DNA of 64,000 nt, taken from Candidatus Amesbacteria bacterium. Lineage in GTDB: Bacteria > Patescibacteriota > Microgenomatia > CAZETR01 > Amesbacteraceae. Under the pieces are notes generated by a model that worked only from the letters and a program-made list of their open reading frames with translations, was not told the DNA's origin and searched no databases. Below are positions 32,736-43,739 of this stretch, piece after piece. Position numbers and translations under genes: made by a program. Location of the stretch: NCBI GenBank assembly GCA_963736875.1, contig CAVTQH010000004.1, forward strand, positions 1,793 to 65,792. Direction: 5' to 3'. The number at the start of each line of letters is the position of its first letter. The first letter of the stretch is position 1.

Positions 32736-33831
32736 TCATCGCAGCCTGATTTTTACCGGAGGTCATCATACCGGTGCCCTGGCTGTGGCAAAGGCGTTAA
32801 AAGAAAAAGGGTGGGATATTTATTGGATCGGTCACAAAAAAAGCCAATGGCAGGACAAATCAGATTCAGCCGAATTTCGGGAAGTTACCGCTTCCGGCAT
32901 CAGGTTTTTTGATCTGAAAGCGGGAAAGATATACCGGACTGTTCAACCCGTTAAACTGATCCGTTTGCCCTGGGGTTTTATTCAGGCGTTTTACATAATT
33001 CTTAAACTTAAACTTCAGCTCAAATCTGATTTAAAAGGTATAGTTTCGTTTGGCGGCTATCTGGCAGTTCCCGTTGTTTTCTGCGGCCGGCTGGCGGGTT
33101 TACCGTCGATTACCCACGAACAGACACTGACAGCCGGATGGGCTAATAAAGTCATTGCGGTATTCGCTGAAAAGATAGCCATCTCCTGGCCGGAAAGTAA
33201 AAAGCATTATCCGGCCGGAAAAGTAGTTTTAACCGGTCTGCCCGTCAGAAAAGAAATTACCGACACTATAAAAAATTTGTCAATAATTCCCAAAATTCCT
33301 GATCAGATTTACATCACTGGCGGAAAACAGGGGTCTCATGCGATTAACGCCGCGGTTTTTGCGGCTTTACCGCAGCTTCTGAAAAAATACCGGGTTATTC
33401 ATCAGACGGGATCCTCAACTGTTTTCGGTGATTATCAGAAAGCGCTTAAACTCCGGTCCCGGCTTCCGCCAACACTGCGGTCCGGGTATCAGGTATCCGA
33501 TTATATAAATTCCCGGGAAGTTGCCCGGATTCTGGCCGGTTCACAAGTTGTTGTCAGTAGGTCGGGAGCCCATATAGTTCAGGAACTGGGCCTTTTTGGT
33601 ACAAAATGCGTGCTGATTCCCATTCCCTGGTCATCGCATCAGGAGCAGCAACATAATGCGCAGTTATTATCTTCCTCTCATCAGGCAATTATTCTCCCCC
33701 AATCGCGATTGGATGCATCAAACCTGATCAAATCAATTTCCCAGGCTGAAAATCTGAAACCGCAAAAACTTCCGATCGTCGAAAACGGACTGTCTAACAT
33801 GGTGCAATTAATTGAAAGCTACATTCGGTAA
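32722..33831 (+). CDS. murG: MurG glycosyltransferase
   Basis: TGGHHTGA, FGGYLA.P, HEQT, TGLPVR, GGKQGSH.IN, SRSGA. Confidence 0.9.
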   Translation: MKNVNHRSLIFTGGHHTGALAVAKALKEKGWDIYWIGHKKSQWQDKSDSAEFREVTASGIRFFDLKAGKIYRTVQPVKLIRLPWGFIQAFYIILKLKLQLKSDLKGIVSFGGYLAVPVVFCGRLAGLPSITHEQTLTAGWANKVIAVFAEKIAISWPESKKHYPAGKVVLTGLPVRKEITDTIKNLSIIPKIPDQIYITGGKQGSHAINAAVFAALPQLLKKYRVIHQTGSSTVFGDYQKALKLRSRLPPTLRSGYQVSDYINSREVARILAGSQVVVSRSGAHIVQELGLFGTKCVLIPIPWSSHQEQQHNAQLLSSSHQAIILPQSRLDASNLIKSISQAENLKPQKLPIVENGLSNMVQLIESYIR

Positions 33832-33834
33832 AAA

Positions 33835-34549
33835 ATGAAATATCCAAAATCAAAAAGAATCAGAAAGCCCAGCCGGAAAATATTGCCGAAGATTTTGTTG
33901 CTGTTTTTCCTGGTATTTAGCTGGTTTGAATCGGACCGGTATTTTTATGCCCGGCGTCTGGAATGTTATACCCAATTCGGTAATTGCCCCGAAAATATCA
34001 CCAGTCACGTCTCCTGGTTAATTGACTATCCCTTACTCAAACCTCTTCCCACCAGAAAAGTCCGTGAACAATTAGCAGGCCTTATGGAAATTAAGTCGGT
34101 AAATTTATACCGGCGCCTGCCTCAGACGCTGGTTTTAAGTGTGGCTTTAAGAAAACCCATCGGTCTCGTCGGGCCTCAGGTTTTGGGAATGCACGTGATT
34201 GCGGATGAAGAAGGTGTTATTATCGGACAGTCGGATGTGTCTAACTTACCGCTGTTAGTGGATGACACATCACCAAAGATGGGCGAAAAACTGGACGTCA
34301 ACAAACTGCAGTCACTGCAAATTCTGGGCCTTTTAAGCCCTCTTTCCGCATCCAGGGTTATCGGGAAATTAACGGGATCTGATTTAACCGCATATCTTTC
34401 CGGAAACACCCAAGTTATGCTGAATCTCTCACATCTGACTCCTGACTGGTATACTACTTTACAAGTGATTTTAGACAGAAGTAAAATACTTACCAAAATA
34501 CCCAGGATTATTGACCTGAGATTTAGTAGTCCTATCAGTCACTTTTTAA
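33835..34549 (+). CDS. FtsQ/DivIB-like protein
   Basis: TM, POTRA-like RRLPQTL, C-terminal IIDLRF motif; directly upstream of ftsA; stop probably lost to an indel. Confidence 0.7.
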
Positions 34550-34551
34550 TC

Positions 34552-35812
34552 ATGGCCAAGAATAAAGTAATTTCCTCAATTGACATCGGCAGTTCAAAAA
34601 CGGCAGTTTTGATCGCTCAGTATCGGGACGACGAATTTTCCACCAAGATTCACATTGTCGGCGCATCATCCACCAAATCCAAGGGTGTCCGTAAGGGTCA
34701 GATAGTAAATATCGAGGAAGCAGTAACCTCAATCAATGATGCTGTGGAAGCTGCGGAGAGGATGGCGGGATATAACGTTTCCAAAGCCTGGGTTTCGGTC
34801 GGCGGAGCTCATATCGGTTCCCAGAACAGCCACGGCGTGGTAGCGGTAGCTCAGCCTCAGGGAGAAATTTCGGCTGAAGATGCCAGAAGAGTACTGGAAG
34901 CCGCCCGGGCGGTTTCTCTTCCGGTTTCGTCGGAAATAATCCACGTTTTACCCCGTCAGTACTCCGTTGATAATCAGGAGGGAGTTAAAGATCCGGTAGG
35001 TATGACCGGCGTTCGTCTGGAGGTCGATACCCACATTGTTACCGGTTCATCTCCGGTCATCAGAAACCTGTACCAAATGCGTAACAGAAATCGGTTGTGA
35101 CGTCAATGGCCTGATATTTTCCGGTCTGGCCGCCAGTGATGCGGTTTTATCGGATACTGAAAAAGAACTGGGAGTAATTTTGGTCGATATCGGCGGAGGG
35201 ACCATGAGTATGGCGATTTATATTGAAGGGGCTCTTTCGTATTCCCATGTCCTGCCGGTAGGAGCGGCAAATGTCACCAAGGATTTGGCGGCCGGACTGA
35301 CGGATTTCTCTGGAAAGTGCCGAGATATTAAAAATATTTATGGGTAAAGATAAAACCAAGGAAGATGAAGTGGACATTAGCAGATCTAAATTTGCCGGAA
35401 GAAATTAAAACTGTCTCGAAAAAGACCTTAGTGGAGGGAATAATCCGACCCCGGCTGAACGAAATGTTCCAACTTATTGCCGGTGAGGTGAAAAAAAGTG
35501 ATCTGGCAGGCCTGACCCCTTCAGGGCTGGTAATTACCGGCGGGGGGGCAATGACCGTGGGATTGATTGACTCTGCCAAAAGAATTATGGGAATGCCGGT
35601 CCGGATCGGCACCCCCGGCGACCTGTCCGGTCTGGTGGATGAGGTTGACAACCCCGCGTTTGCTGTTTCGGTGGGATTAATCAAATACGCCCGCAAAACT
35701 ATGGAGGAATCCGACGGAGGCAGTCCGATTAATTTTTCCCGGATCGAAAAAATACCCGGTAAGCGGGATGGTAGGAAAAATCGGTAATTGGGTTAAGTCT
35801 TTACTACCTTGA
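34552..35812 (+). CDS. ftsA: Cell division protein FtsA (several indels)
   Basis: IDIGSSK, GVRKGQIVNIE, AERMAG, VDIGGGT, VITGGGA, PVRIGTP. Confidence 0.92.
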
Positions 35813-35897
35813 AACAGATTGATACAATGATCAAACTCTCTTCGCCCAAATTATACTGAGGAATTGGGACCTGCCCCGAAGTCTTTAAAAAATTTAT

Positions 35898-37115
35898 ATG
35901 GCTCTAGTTAAACCAGATGTCGGACGGTTAGCCAGAATTAAGGTCATTGGTCTTGGCGGCGGGGGCGGTAACGCCCTGAATTCAATGATTTCCGTCGGGA
36001 CAATTACCGGAGTGGATTTCATTGCGGTTAATACCGATGCCCAGGTTTTACTCACCAATCTGGCCGAATCCAAACTGCAAATCGGGGACAATCTGACTAA
36101 AGGTCTGGGGTCGGGTGGCAATCCGGAAATCGGAGCCCAGGCTGCCGAGGAGTCCCGGGAAAAAGTTAAGGAATTTCTTCTGGATTCGGATATGGTTTTT
36201 ATTACGGCCGGTATGGGCGGGGGTACCGGGACCGGTGCGGCTCCGATTGTGGCTGAAGTCGCTAAAGAAATCGGTGCTCTGACTGTGGCAATTGTTACCA
36301 AACCATTTGCTTTTGAAGGCGCGAGAAGAATGGTAAACGCGGAGGAAGGAATAACCAAACTTAAAGAAAAAGTCGATACTCTGATCGTAATTCCCAATCA
36401 GCGGCTGATGGATGTGGTGGACCGTAAAATGACACTTCTCGAAGCGTTCAGAGTTGCTGATTCCGTTTTAACCCAGGGAGTCCAGGGAATTTCCGAGATT
36501 ATTACGGTTCCCGGACTGATTAACGTTGATTTTGCCGATGTAAAAACCATTATGAAAGAGGCCGGATCCGCTCTGATGGGTATCGGCAGCGGAGTCGGGG
36601 AGAACCGGGCGCAAATGGCAGCCAGAGCGGCAGTTTCATCCCCGCTTCTGGAAGTTTCCATCGAGGGAGCCAAAGGCATTCTATTTAATATCATCGGCGG
36701 TCCGGACATGACCATGATCGAAGTGGATGAAGCGGCCAGGATTATTTCCGAAGCAGCCGATGCCGACGCAAATATCATTTTCGGGGCTGCCATAAATGAA
36801 AAACTGGTAGATCAGATGAAAATTACGGTCATTGCCACAGGTTTTGATGAAGCCAGATCGCGTCTGGCCAGCATGATGTCCCGGAATCGCCCCGTGTATA
36901 CCGGCAGCCCGATTACCACAGGAATTGTCAGCGAGAAGCCCAAAACCGGCCGCCCGATAACAGCCGCAAAAATTTCGGAAGATACCCAAACCGAGTCTGA
37001 ACAGCCCGAAACAACCGAACAAACTCCGCAGGTTTCACCCCCACCTCCATATCCGGACGGTCCGCAGGAAGAGGAAGACTGGGATATCCCCGCCTTTTTG
37101 AGACAAGGGAGATAA
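35898..37115 (+). CDS. ftsZ: Cell division protein FtsZ
   Basis: [19 protein letters not shown] tubulin signature, INVDFAD, C-terminal DIPAFLR. Confidence 0.98.
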   Translation: MALVKPDVGRLARIKVIGLGGGGGNALNSMISVGTITGVDFIAVNTDAQVLLTNLAESKLQIGDNLTKGLGSGGNPEIGAQAAEESREKVKEFLLDSDMVFITAGMGGGTGTGAAPIVAEVAKEIGALTVAIVTKPFAFEGARRMVNAEEGITKLKEKVDTLIVIPNQRLMDVVDRKMTLLEAFRVADSVLTQGVQGISEIITVPGLINVDFADVKTIMKEAGSALMGIGSGVGENRAQMAARAAVSSPLLEVSIEGAKGILFNIIGGPDMTMIEVDEAARIISEAADADANIIFGAAINEKLVDQMKITVIATGFDEARSRLASMMSRNRPVYTGSPITTGIVSEKPKTGRPITAAKISEDTQTESEQPETTEQTPQVSPPPPYPDGPQEEEDWDIPAFLRQGR

Positions 37116-37145
37116 AGGTACCCGAAAATTTGTTAAAATCACTTC

Positions 37146-40027
37146 ATGGCCTTTAAATCGGTTTCGCCGCAGGTTGATTTCCCGTCCCTGGAAGAAGAGC
37201 TTCTCAAATGGTGGTATGAAAGCGGAATTGCGGAAAAATATCTGCATAAAAATGACAATTCATCAAAAAAGTTTTCGTTTCTTGACGGTCCGATAACCGC
37301 CAACAATCCCATGGGGGTGCATCATGCCTGGGGCAGGACTTATAAAGATGTTTGGCAGCGTTATTACACAATGCGCGGATTCAGGCAGCGTTACCAGAAT
37401 GGTTTTGACTGTCAGGGGTTATGGGTTGAAGTGGAGGTGGAAAAAGAATTGGGTTTCAAATCCAAAAAAGATATCGAAAATTACGGGGTGGCCCATTTTG
37501 TAGAAAAATGCAAAGAGCGGGTTTTAAAATACTCCGCAATTCAGACGGAACAAAGCAAAAGACTGGGCTATTTTATGGATTGGGACAATTCATATTTCAC
37601 CATGTCTGACGTAAATAATTATGCTATATGGGGATTTCTTAAAGAATGCTGGCAGAGGGGATGGATTTATAAAGGGCACGATGTTGTTCCCTGGTGCCCT
37701 AGGTGTGAAACTGCAATTTCCCAGCATGAAATATTAACGGAGGATTATAAAGAAATGACTCACGAATCAATATATTTAGAGCTTCCGATCACAGGCCGCG
37801 ACCGGGAATATTTGCTTGTCTGGACCACTACCCCCTGGACTTTACCTGCCAATACAGCGGTAGCCGTGGATTCCAAAATTGATTACAGTCTGGTCAGGGG
37901 TACCACCGGGAACAAATACTGGATAGCCGGGGAATTAGTTGCGTCAGTTTTTAAAGATCAGTACCAGGACATAGTCACCACGGTCAAAGGTAAGAATTTA
38001 TTAGGCCTGAAGTATACCAGTCCTTTTGACGATCTTCCTGCAATCGCAGAGGCTCTCAGGGAATATCCCAAAAAAATGCACACCGTTGTAGCCACCGATT
38101 CATTGCTGATGCCGATTTCGGTAGAGGAGGGTACGGGATTGGTTCACACTTCCACCAGTACCGGTGAGGAAGATTTTAAATTAGGTAAAAAACTCGGATT
38201 ACCGGTAGTGCCTGCAATTGCTGATAACGCTGATTATTTATCCGGATTCGGGCAATTTTCAGGTCAAAATGCCAAGAAACAACCGCGGATAATTCTTGAT
38301 TATCTGATGGCCAAAGATAAAGCAGGTGAAAACTGGGTATTCCAAATCCTTTCCTATACTCACAGATATCCGGCTTGCTGGCGGTGTAAATCCGAATTGG
38401 TATGGAAAGTGGCAGATGAGTGGTACATTGCCATGGATAAGCCGGATCCGACTGATTCTTTAAAACGTACTTACCGTCAGCAGATGCAGCAAATAGGCAA
38501 AAAGATTAAATGGCTTCCTGAATTCGGTAAGGAAAGGGAACTTGATTGGCTGAAAAATATGCATGATTGGCTGATTTCCAAAAAAAATCGATATTGGGGT
38601 TTGGCTCTTCCCATCTACGAATGCGGTAATTGCGGCAGTTTTGAAGTTATCGGCAGCCGCGAAGAACTGGAGACAAAATGTGTTTCCGGGTGGGATAAAT
38701 TTGCCGGGAATTCTCCCCATAAGCCATGGATTGATGAGGTTAAAATCAAATGCCCGAAATGTCAAAAAGTTATTTCCCGGATTGAAGATGTGGGAAATCC
38801 CTGGCTTGATGCCGGTATTGTGGCCATATCCACCCTTCCCGAACGATTGGTTTCCGGCGGATTTTATTACCGAGTCTTTTCCCGGACAATTTAAAAACTG
38901 GTTCTACTCGCTTATTGCCATGAGCACGGTCCTGAAAAAAACAGGTCCCACGGGTACAATTTTGGGTTTTGCTACAGCTTTTGATGAAAAAGGTCTTCCG
39001 ATGCATAAATCCGCCGGGAATATGATTGAATTCAACCAGGCTGCGTCCAAAATCGGTGTGGATGTGATGCGCTGGATGTTTGTGACTCAAAATCCGGAAA
39101 ACAATTTGCTTTTTGGATATAAAAAAGCTGATGAGACCCGCCGTCAGTTTCATCTGATGTTATGGAATATCTATAATTTCTTTGTCACTTACGCCAATGT
39201 GGACAAATTCGATCACCAATCCAAAAATCATAAATTCTCCCTCCTTGACCGTTGGATTCTGGCCAGATTAAACCAAATAAATTCCGCTGTAACCAAATCG
39301 TTGGATAAGTACGATGCCTATACCGCCGGTTTGACTATTCAGGAATTTGTCAGCGATCTTTCTCTGTGGTATGTCCGCCGGTCTCGTGACCGGGTCGGAC
39401 CGGCAGCCGAAAATATTACCGATAAGACAAGCCTGCCATGCCACTTTATACCGGGTATTGGTGACATTGTGTCAGCTTCTTGCTCCCTTTACCCCTTTTA
39501 TTTCGGAAGAGATTTATAAAAATCTCACCGGGAATGAATCGGTTCACCTTTCAGATTGGCCTAAAACCGCAAAACTTACAGCCGGCGATCAGCAGCTGAT
39601 TGCGGATATGAAATTGGTCCGAAAAATTGTCGAACTGGGTTTATCAAAGCGCAAAGAAGCCGGAATGAAAGTCCGGCAACCTCTTCGCTGTGCCCATGTG
39701 ACAGGCCCGCATCAGAGTTTAAGCGGCGATCTTCAAAAACTCATTTCGGATGAGTTAAACGTCAAAAGTCTGAATTGGGAGAAAGGCCAAGATTTATCAG
39801 TCAGCCTGGACTTAAATCTGGACGCCGGCCTTATCGCCGAAGGCAATTTACGCGAGTTAATCCGTCAGGTACAGGAAGCCAGAAAAGCAGCCGGTGCCAG
39901 GCTTGATCAGCATATTATTTTGAAAGCTCCGTATCCCGACGATCCGGATCTTCAGTCCCGTCTAAAAAATCAGACTCTTGCCCGGCAATTGATTGCCGAT
40001 GATTTCGTATCTGTGGAGCTTTTGTAG
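37146..40027 (+). CDS. ileS: Isoleucine--tRNA ligase, type 2 (indels)
   Basis: DGPITANNPMGVHHAW, GFDCQGLWVE, WTTTPWTLP, DW.IS..RYWG, MHKS; ORFs 37146-38894, 38641-39519 and 39347-40027. Confidence 0.93.
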
Positions 40028-40029
40028 TT

Positions 40030-41094
40030 ATGTTCAAATTCCGACCGGATTGGTTATTAATTCTGCCGTCAATATTTCTTACTCTGATCAGCCTGACCGT
40101 TTTAAGAAGTGTTGCCCCCCAGTTGGTAATTACCCAGCTGTTTTTTGTCGCGGTGGCCGTAGTCATATTTTTGCTTTTTTCAACCATTGATTACGAGATA
40201 ATATTTTCCCTGCATTTTGTTTTTTATATCGGATCGTTGTGTTTTTCCCTATTACCGATATTTTTCGGTATAGTCAGCCGGGGGGCCCAAAGATGGCTTC
40301 AGTTCGGCCAGTTTACCATTCAGCCATCAGAACTGATCAAACCTTTTATGCTGGTAACTTTTTCTTCCATAGCCGTATCGCGGTCTTCTCATAAGGAAAT
40401 CGCTCTCCTGGCTGTTGGCATATTGCCTTTATTAATCATTTACTTTCAGCCGGATCTGGGTACTACTCTGGTATTATTTGTAGGTTGGGCCAGTATTCTT
40501 TTCTCCCGTTTTTCAATTAAATCAGCATTAATCGCCATTACGTCAATCGCCTTGTTAATTCTGCCGATATACAAATTCGGACTTCAGGACTATCAAAAAC
40601 AGCGTTTGATTACTTTCATAAATCCATATCACGATCCTTTGGGAAGCGGCTATCATGTGATTCAGTCAATCATTGCCGTCGGATCAGGTCAGGTAATCGG
40701 AAGGGGACTGGGGCAGGGTACACAAACCCAGCTGAAATTCCTGCCGGAACATCATACCGATTTTATTTTTGCCTCCCTTTCGGAAGAGCTGGGATTTATC
40801 GGTGGTATTACGGTAATTATGTTATACGGGGTATTGTTTTGGAGGATTTATCAGATTTCACAGCTGACCCCAAATCCCAAAACATCATTGTTTTGCCTGT
40901 CTTCCATGGCCCTTTTGTGTTTTCAAACATTGGTAAACATCGGGATGAATCTCGGTTTGTCACCCATCACCGGTATCACTCTCCCCCTGCTTTCATACGG
41001 CGGCTCCTCATTATTATCAGTGGCGATGATTTTTGGCTTGATAAATTCCATTTCCGGTCGGCAACGGGCCTCCGATGCTGTCCTCATCACCTAA
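40030..41094 (+). CDS. rodA: SEDS protein RodA
   Basis: GAQRW, QPSELIK, QPDLGT, GYHVIQS.IAVGSG, FLPEHHTDFIF, SYGGSS. Confidence 0.92.
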   Translation: MFKFRPDWLLILPSIFLTLISLTVLRSVAPQLVITQLFFVAVAVVIFLLFSTIDYEIIFSLHFVFYIGSLCFSLLPIFFGIVSRGAQRWLQFGQFTIQPSELIKPFMLVTFSSIAVSRSSHKEIALLAVGILPLLIIYFQPDLGTTLVLFVGWASILFSRFSIKSALIAITSIALLILPIYKFGLQDYQKQRLITFINPYHDPLGSGYHVIQSIIAVGSGQVIGRGLGQGTQTQLKFLPEHHTDFIFASLSEELGFIGGITVIMLYGVLFWRIYQISQLTPNPKTSLFCLSSMALLCFQTLVNIGMNLGLSPITGITLPLLSYGGSSLLSVAMIFGLINSISGRQRASDAVLIT

Positions 41095-41103
41095 AAATTC
41101 GTA

Positions 41104-41640
41104 TTACTTCAGAAGTTCGTCTATAAAAGTTTTTATTTCCTCATCTATCAAGTTCACATCTCCAACCCGGCTGCCGGAGCTAAAAATCAGGGCACCTCCA
41201 AAAATTGCTTTTTCCCATCTGCAGACACCCCTGACCCAGGTGACTACGGCGTCTAAATGATTTATATCCTCCATACCATGGGTTATAACTGCCAGTTTTT
41301 TTCCTTTCAGATACATCCTGGATTCGTGGCACCAGGAGACTATTCTGTCCCAGAAAATTTTTGTCAGAGGGGTGACGGAATCGCTGTAAGTCGGGCTAGC
41401 TAAGATATAGACGTCAAAATTGTGGATAGTAGGTTCAATCTCCCTGGAAAAGGTATCGTTGATATTTGGGCAGATTTCGGCATTGGCGCAAACTTCGCAC
41501 CCGTCCGGCATTTTCATTTCTATCTCGCGCAAATTTAACACCCTGACAGAGCATTTCTTTAAGATTTCCTGCCGGACTTTTTCGACCGCGATATCAGTAT
41601 TTCCTGACCGATGCGAACCGTTTATTATCAACACTTTCAT
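41104..41640 (-). CDS. Flavodoxin-like / iron-sulfur flavoprotein-like NAD(P)H FMN reductase
   Basis: MKVLIINGSHRSGNT, CEVC...C, LASPTY...KIFWDR; start at ATG 41640. Confidence 0.8.
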   Translation of the reverse strand: MKVLIINGSHRSGNTDIAVEKVRQEILKKCSVRVLNLREIEMKMPDGCEVCANAEICPNINDTFSREIEPTIHNFDVYILASPTYSDSVTPLTKIFWDRIVSWCHESRMYLKGKKLAVITHGMEDINHLDAVVTWVRGVCRWEKAIFGGALIFSSGSRVGDVNLIDEEIKTFIDELLK

Positions 41641-41680
41641 ACCAGAGGATTGTAGCAAATAAGAATTATATAATATATTC

Positions 41681-42235
41681 ATGAAATCTAATTACCTGCC
41701 AACCGAAGCCCGGAAATTTGAAAAAGCCATTTTATATTTGGTGCACCATGTCGAAGAGTCCGGTAATAATTCCAAACCGGTGATTTTCCATAGCATCAGG
41801 GTGGGAGTATGTCTCTCACATCACGGGTATGCTAAAGATGTTGTCGTTGCAGGCATACTTCATGACGTATTGGAAGATACTGATTCTACCGAGTCGGAAA
41901 TTAAACAAATATTCGGTGAATATGTATTGAAACTGGTAAAAGCTGTCAGTTTTGATAAAAGTTTATCTGACAAGAAAGCCAGATATTACCAGACATTTTC
42001 CAGAAGTATGGAAGCTGGGAAAGATGCTTTAGTGATTAAAGCATCTGATATTCTGGAAAACAGCTATTACTATGGTTTTACCGAAAGCAATGAGTCATAC
42101 GAGTGGCTCGTCTACGGCAAGCTGAAACATTTCATTGAAAATACGAAGGAAATAATCGGGGGAGAGAAAGTATGGGAGAAATTAAGAAAAAGGTTAGAGG
42201 TTTTAAGTCAGAAAACGTATTCCAAACCCGACTAA
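41681..42235 (+). CDS. HD-domain protein (Mesh1/small alarmone hydrolase-like)
   Basis: P.IFH.IRV, AGILHDVLEDT, FGE.V..LV.AVS, IKASD.LEN. Confidence 0.8.
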   Translation: MKSNYLPTEARKFEKAILYLVHHVEESGNNSKPVIFHSIRVGVCLSHHGYAKDVVVAGILHDVLEDTDSTESEIKQIFGEYVLKLVKAVSFDKSLSDKKARYYQTFSRSMEAGKDALVIKASDILENSYYYGFTESNESYEWLVYGKLKHFIENTKEIIGGEKVWEKLRKRLEVLSQKTYSKPD

Positions 42236-42267
42236 GAAGATGGAGGCTGGTTGGAAGTATTTTTTGA

Positions 42268-42296
42268 TTGCCAAGGTATATATTTGCAGGTATAAT
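42268..42296 (+). promoter_or_regulatory. sigma70-type promoter of rplU
   Basis: TTGCCA-N17-TATAAT, ATG 8 nt downstream. Confidence 0.7.
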
Positions 42297-42304
42297 CACC
42301 AGGT

Positions 42305-42613
42305 ATGTTTGCAGTAGTAAAAATTGGGTCTTCCCAACACTTAGTCAGCCCGGGACAGGAATTGCTGATAGATTTTCAAACCGGTAAAACCCCTAAACTA
42401 TCATTTGATCAAGTGTTTCTGATAGTTGATAAAGACCAGATTATGGTGGGACAACCGACAGTCCAAAAAGCTGTAATTGAGGCCGAAATTGTGGACCAGG
42501 TTAAAGGTCAGAAGATCAGGGTAGCGACTTTCAAAGCCAAGAGCCGCTTCCGTAAAGTCAGGGGATTCCGTCCCAAATATACTAAAATCAAAATCTCCAA
42601 AATCAAGTATTAA
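42305..42613 (+). CDS. rplU: 50S ribosomal protein L21
   Basis: MFAVVKIG..Q, VGQP.V, KG.KI...FKAKSRFRK.RGFR. Confidence 0.93.
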   Translation: MFAVVKIGSSQHLVSPGQELLIDFQTGKTPKLSFDQVFLIVDKDQIMVGQPTVQKAVIEAEIVDQVKGQKIRVATFKAKSRFRKVRGFRPKYTKIKISKIKY

Positions 42614-42631
42614 ACCTCGTGAAATTGAGAA

Positions 42632-42660
42632 TTGACTTTCGTGAAAAACTAAGTTAAATT
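42632..42660 (+). promoter_or_regulatory. sigma70-type promoter of rpmA-parB
   Basis: TTGACT-N17-TAAATT, ATG 6 nt downstream. Confidence 0.65.
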
Positions 42661-42666
42661 ACGCCC

Positions 42667-42918
42667 ATGGCTCATACAAAAGCGGGTGGATCGACAAGAC
42701 AAAAAGGTAATCGGCGCGGCAAACATCTGGGTGTGAAGTTGTATGGGGGACAATCTGTAGCTTCCGGTAACATTATTATCCGTCAAAAAGGCAGTCATTT
42801 TCACCCCGGTCCCGGTGTAAAAGCCGGTTCGGACTACACTTTGTACGCAACCCAGGAAGGCATTGTTAAATTTAACCAGAAACAAGGCCGGAAAGTTGTA
42901 TCGGTACAATCTGTATGA
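42667..42918 (+). CDS. rpmA: 50S ribosomal protein L27
   Basis: MAHTKAGGST, LGVK.YGGQ, GNIIIRQKG, DYTLYA. Confidence 0.95.
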   Translation: MAHTKAGGSTRQKGNRRGKHLGVKLYGGQSVASGNIIIRQKGSHFHPGPGVKAGSDYTLYATQEGIVKFNQKQGRKVVSVQSV

Positions 42919-43739
42919 ACCAGCAAGTTGTTGATATCGAAGTTGAATCATTACAAACCAACCCCCTCCAGCCCCGGGGGATAATTACCCCTGAATCACT
43001 TGTTGATCTGGTGGATTCCATACGTGAACACGGGATTCTTGAACCTTTGGTGGTAGCCAAAACACCTGCAGGCTTTCAAATAATTGCCGGGGAAAGACGC
43101 TGGCGTGCAGCCAAACTTGCCGGCCACAAAACTGTTCCGGCAATAATCAAGGAAACCACTCCCCAGGGAATGCTGGAAATGGCTTTGGTGGAAAATGTTC
43201 AGAGATCGGACCTAAACCCGGTTGACCGGGCTAAGGCTTTCGAAAGATTAATCTCCGAGTTCGGTCTGACAAACAGTGAAATATCCCAGAGAATAGGTAA
43301 AAGTCCGGCATATGTCAGCAATTCTCTGCGCCTGTTAACCCTGCCGGATGCTTTAAAAGACGGGCTTCTCACCGGTCTTATCAGTGAAGGTCATGCCAGA
43401 GCCCTGGCAGCCATCGAGGACAGCCGATTAATCGTGGAGGGATATAAGATCATTCTGAAAGAAGCCGGGTCAGTCAGACGGGCTGAGGAGTTGGCCCGTA
43501 AACTCCGGGCACAGGTCGGCAACAAACCCAAAACCGTGGGTTTCAGGCCGGGTCATGAAATAAGCGAAGAAATCGACACCATGAGGAAGAGTATGGAGGA
43601 CTCCCTGGGAGGTAAACCGGGCGCAACAGTCCGTCTGTCCAGATCCAGAGCTGAAACACGGCTGACGATCATTCTTAAAGGAAACCAGCAGGACACCGAA
43701 GAAAAATTACAGAAGATTTTCCGCGGCCTGACTTCTTAA
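42915..43739 (+). CDS. parB: ParB/Spo0J partition protein
   Basis: NPLQPR, SIREHGILEP, IIAGERRWRA, ALVENVQR.DL, HTH GKSPAYVSN.LRLL. Confidence 0.93.
   Translation: MNQQVVDIEVESLQTNPLQPRGIITPESLVDLVDSIREHGILEPLVVAKTPAGFQIIAGERRWRAAKLAGHKTVPAIIKETTPQGMLEMALVENVQRSDLNPVDRAKAFERLISEFGLTNSEISQRIGKSPAYVSNSLRLLTLPDALKDGLLTGLISEGHARALAAIEDSRLIVEGYKIILKEAGSVRRAEELARKLRAQVGNKPKTVGFRPGHEISEEIDTMRKSMEDSLGGKPGATVRLSRSRAETRLTIILKGNQQDTEEKLQKIFRGLTS

Noticed and set aside
33835-35100. Apparent FtsQ-FtsA fusion ORF
   Set aside because: Removing one base in cctatcagtcactttttaa gives PIVTF-stop just before the ftsA ATG at 34552, consistent with the indel noise.
35894-37022. Long antisense ORFs over ftsZ, and similar ones over glyQS and the GT genes
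   Set aside because: Shadow frames of conserved genes, with no motifs or start signals.
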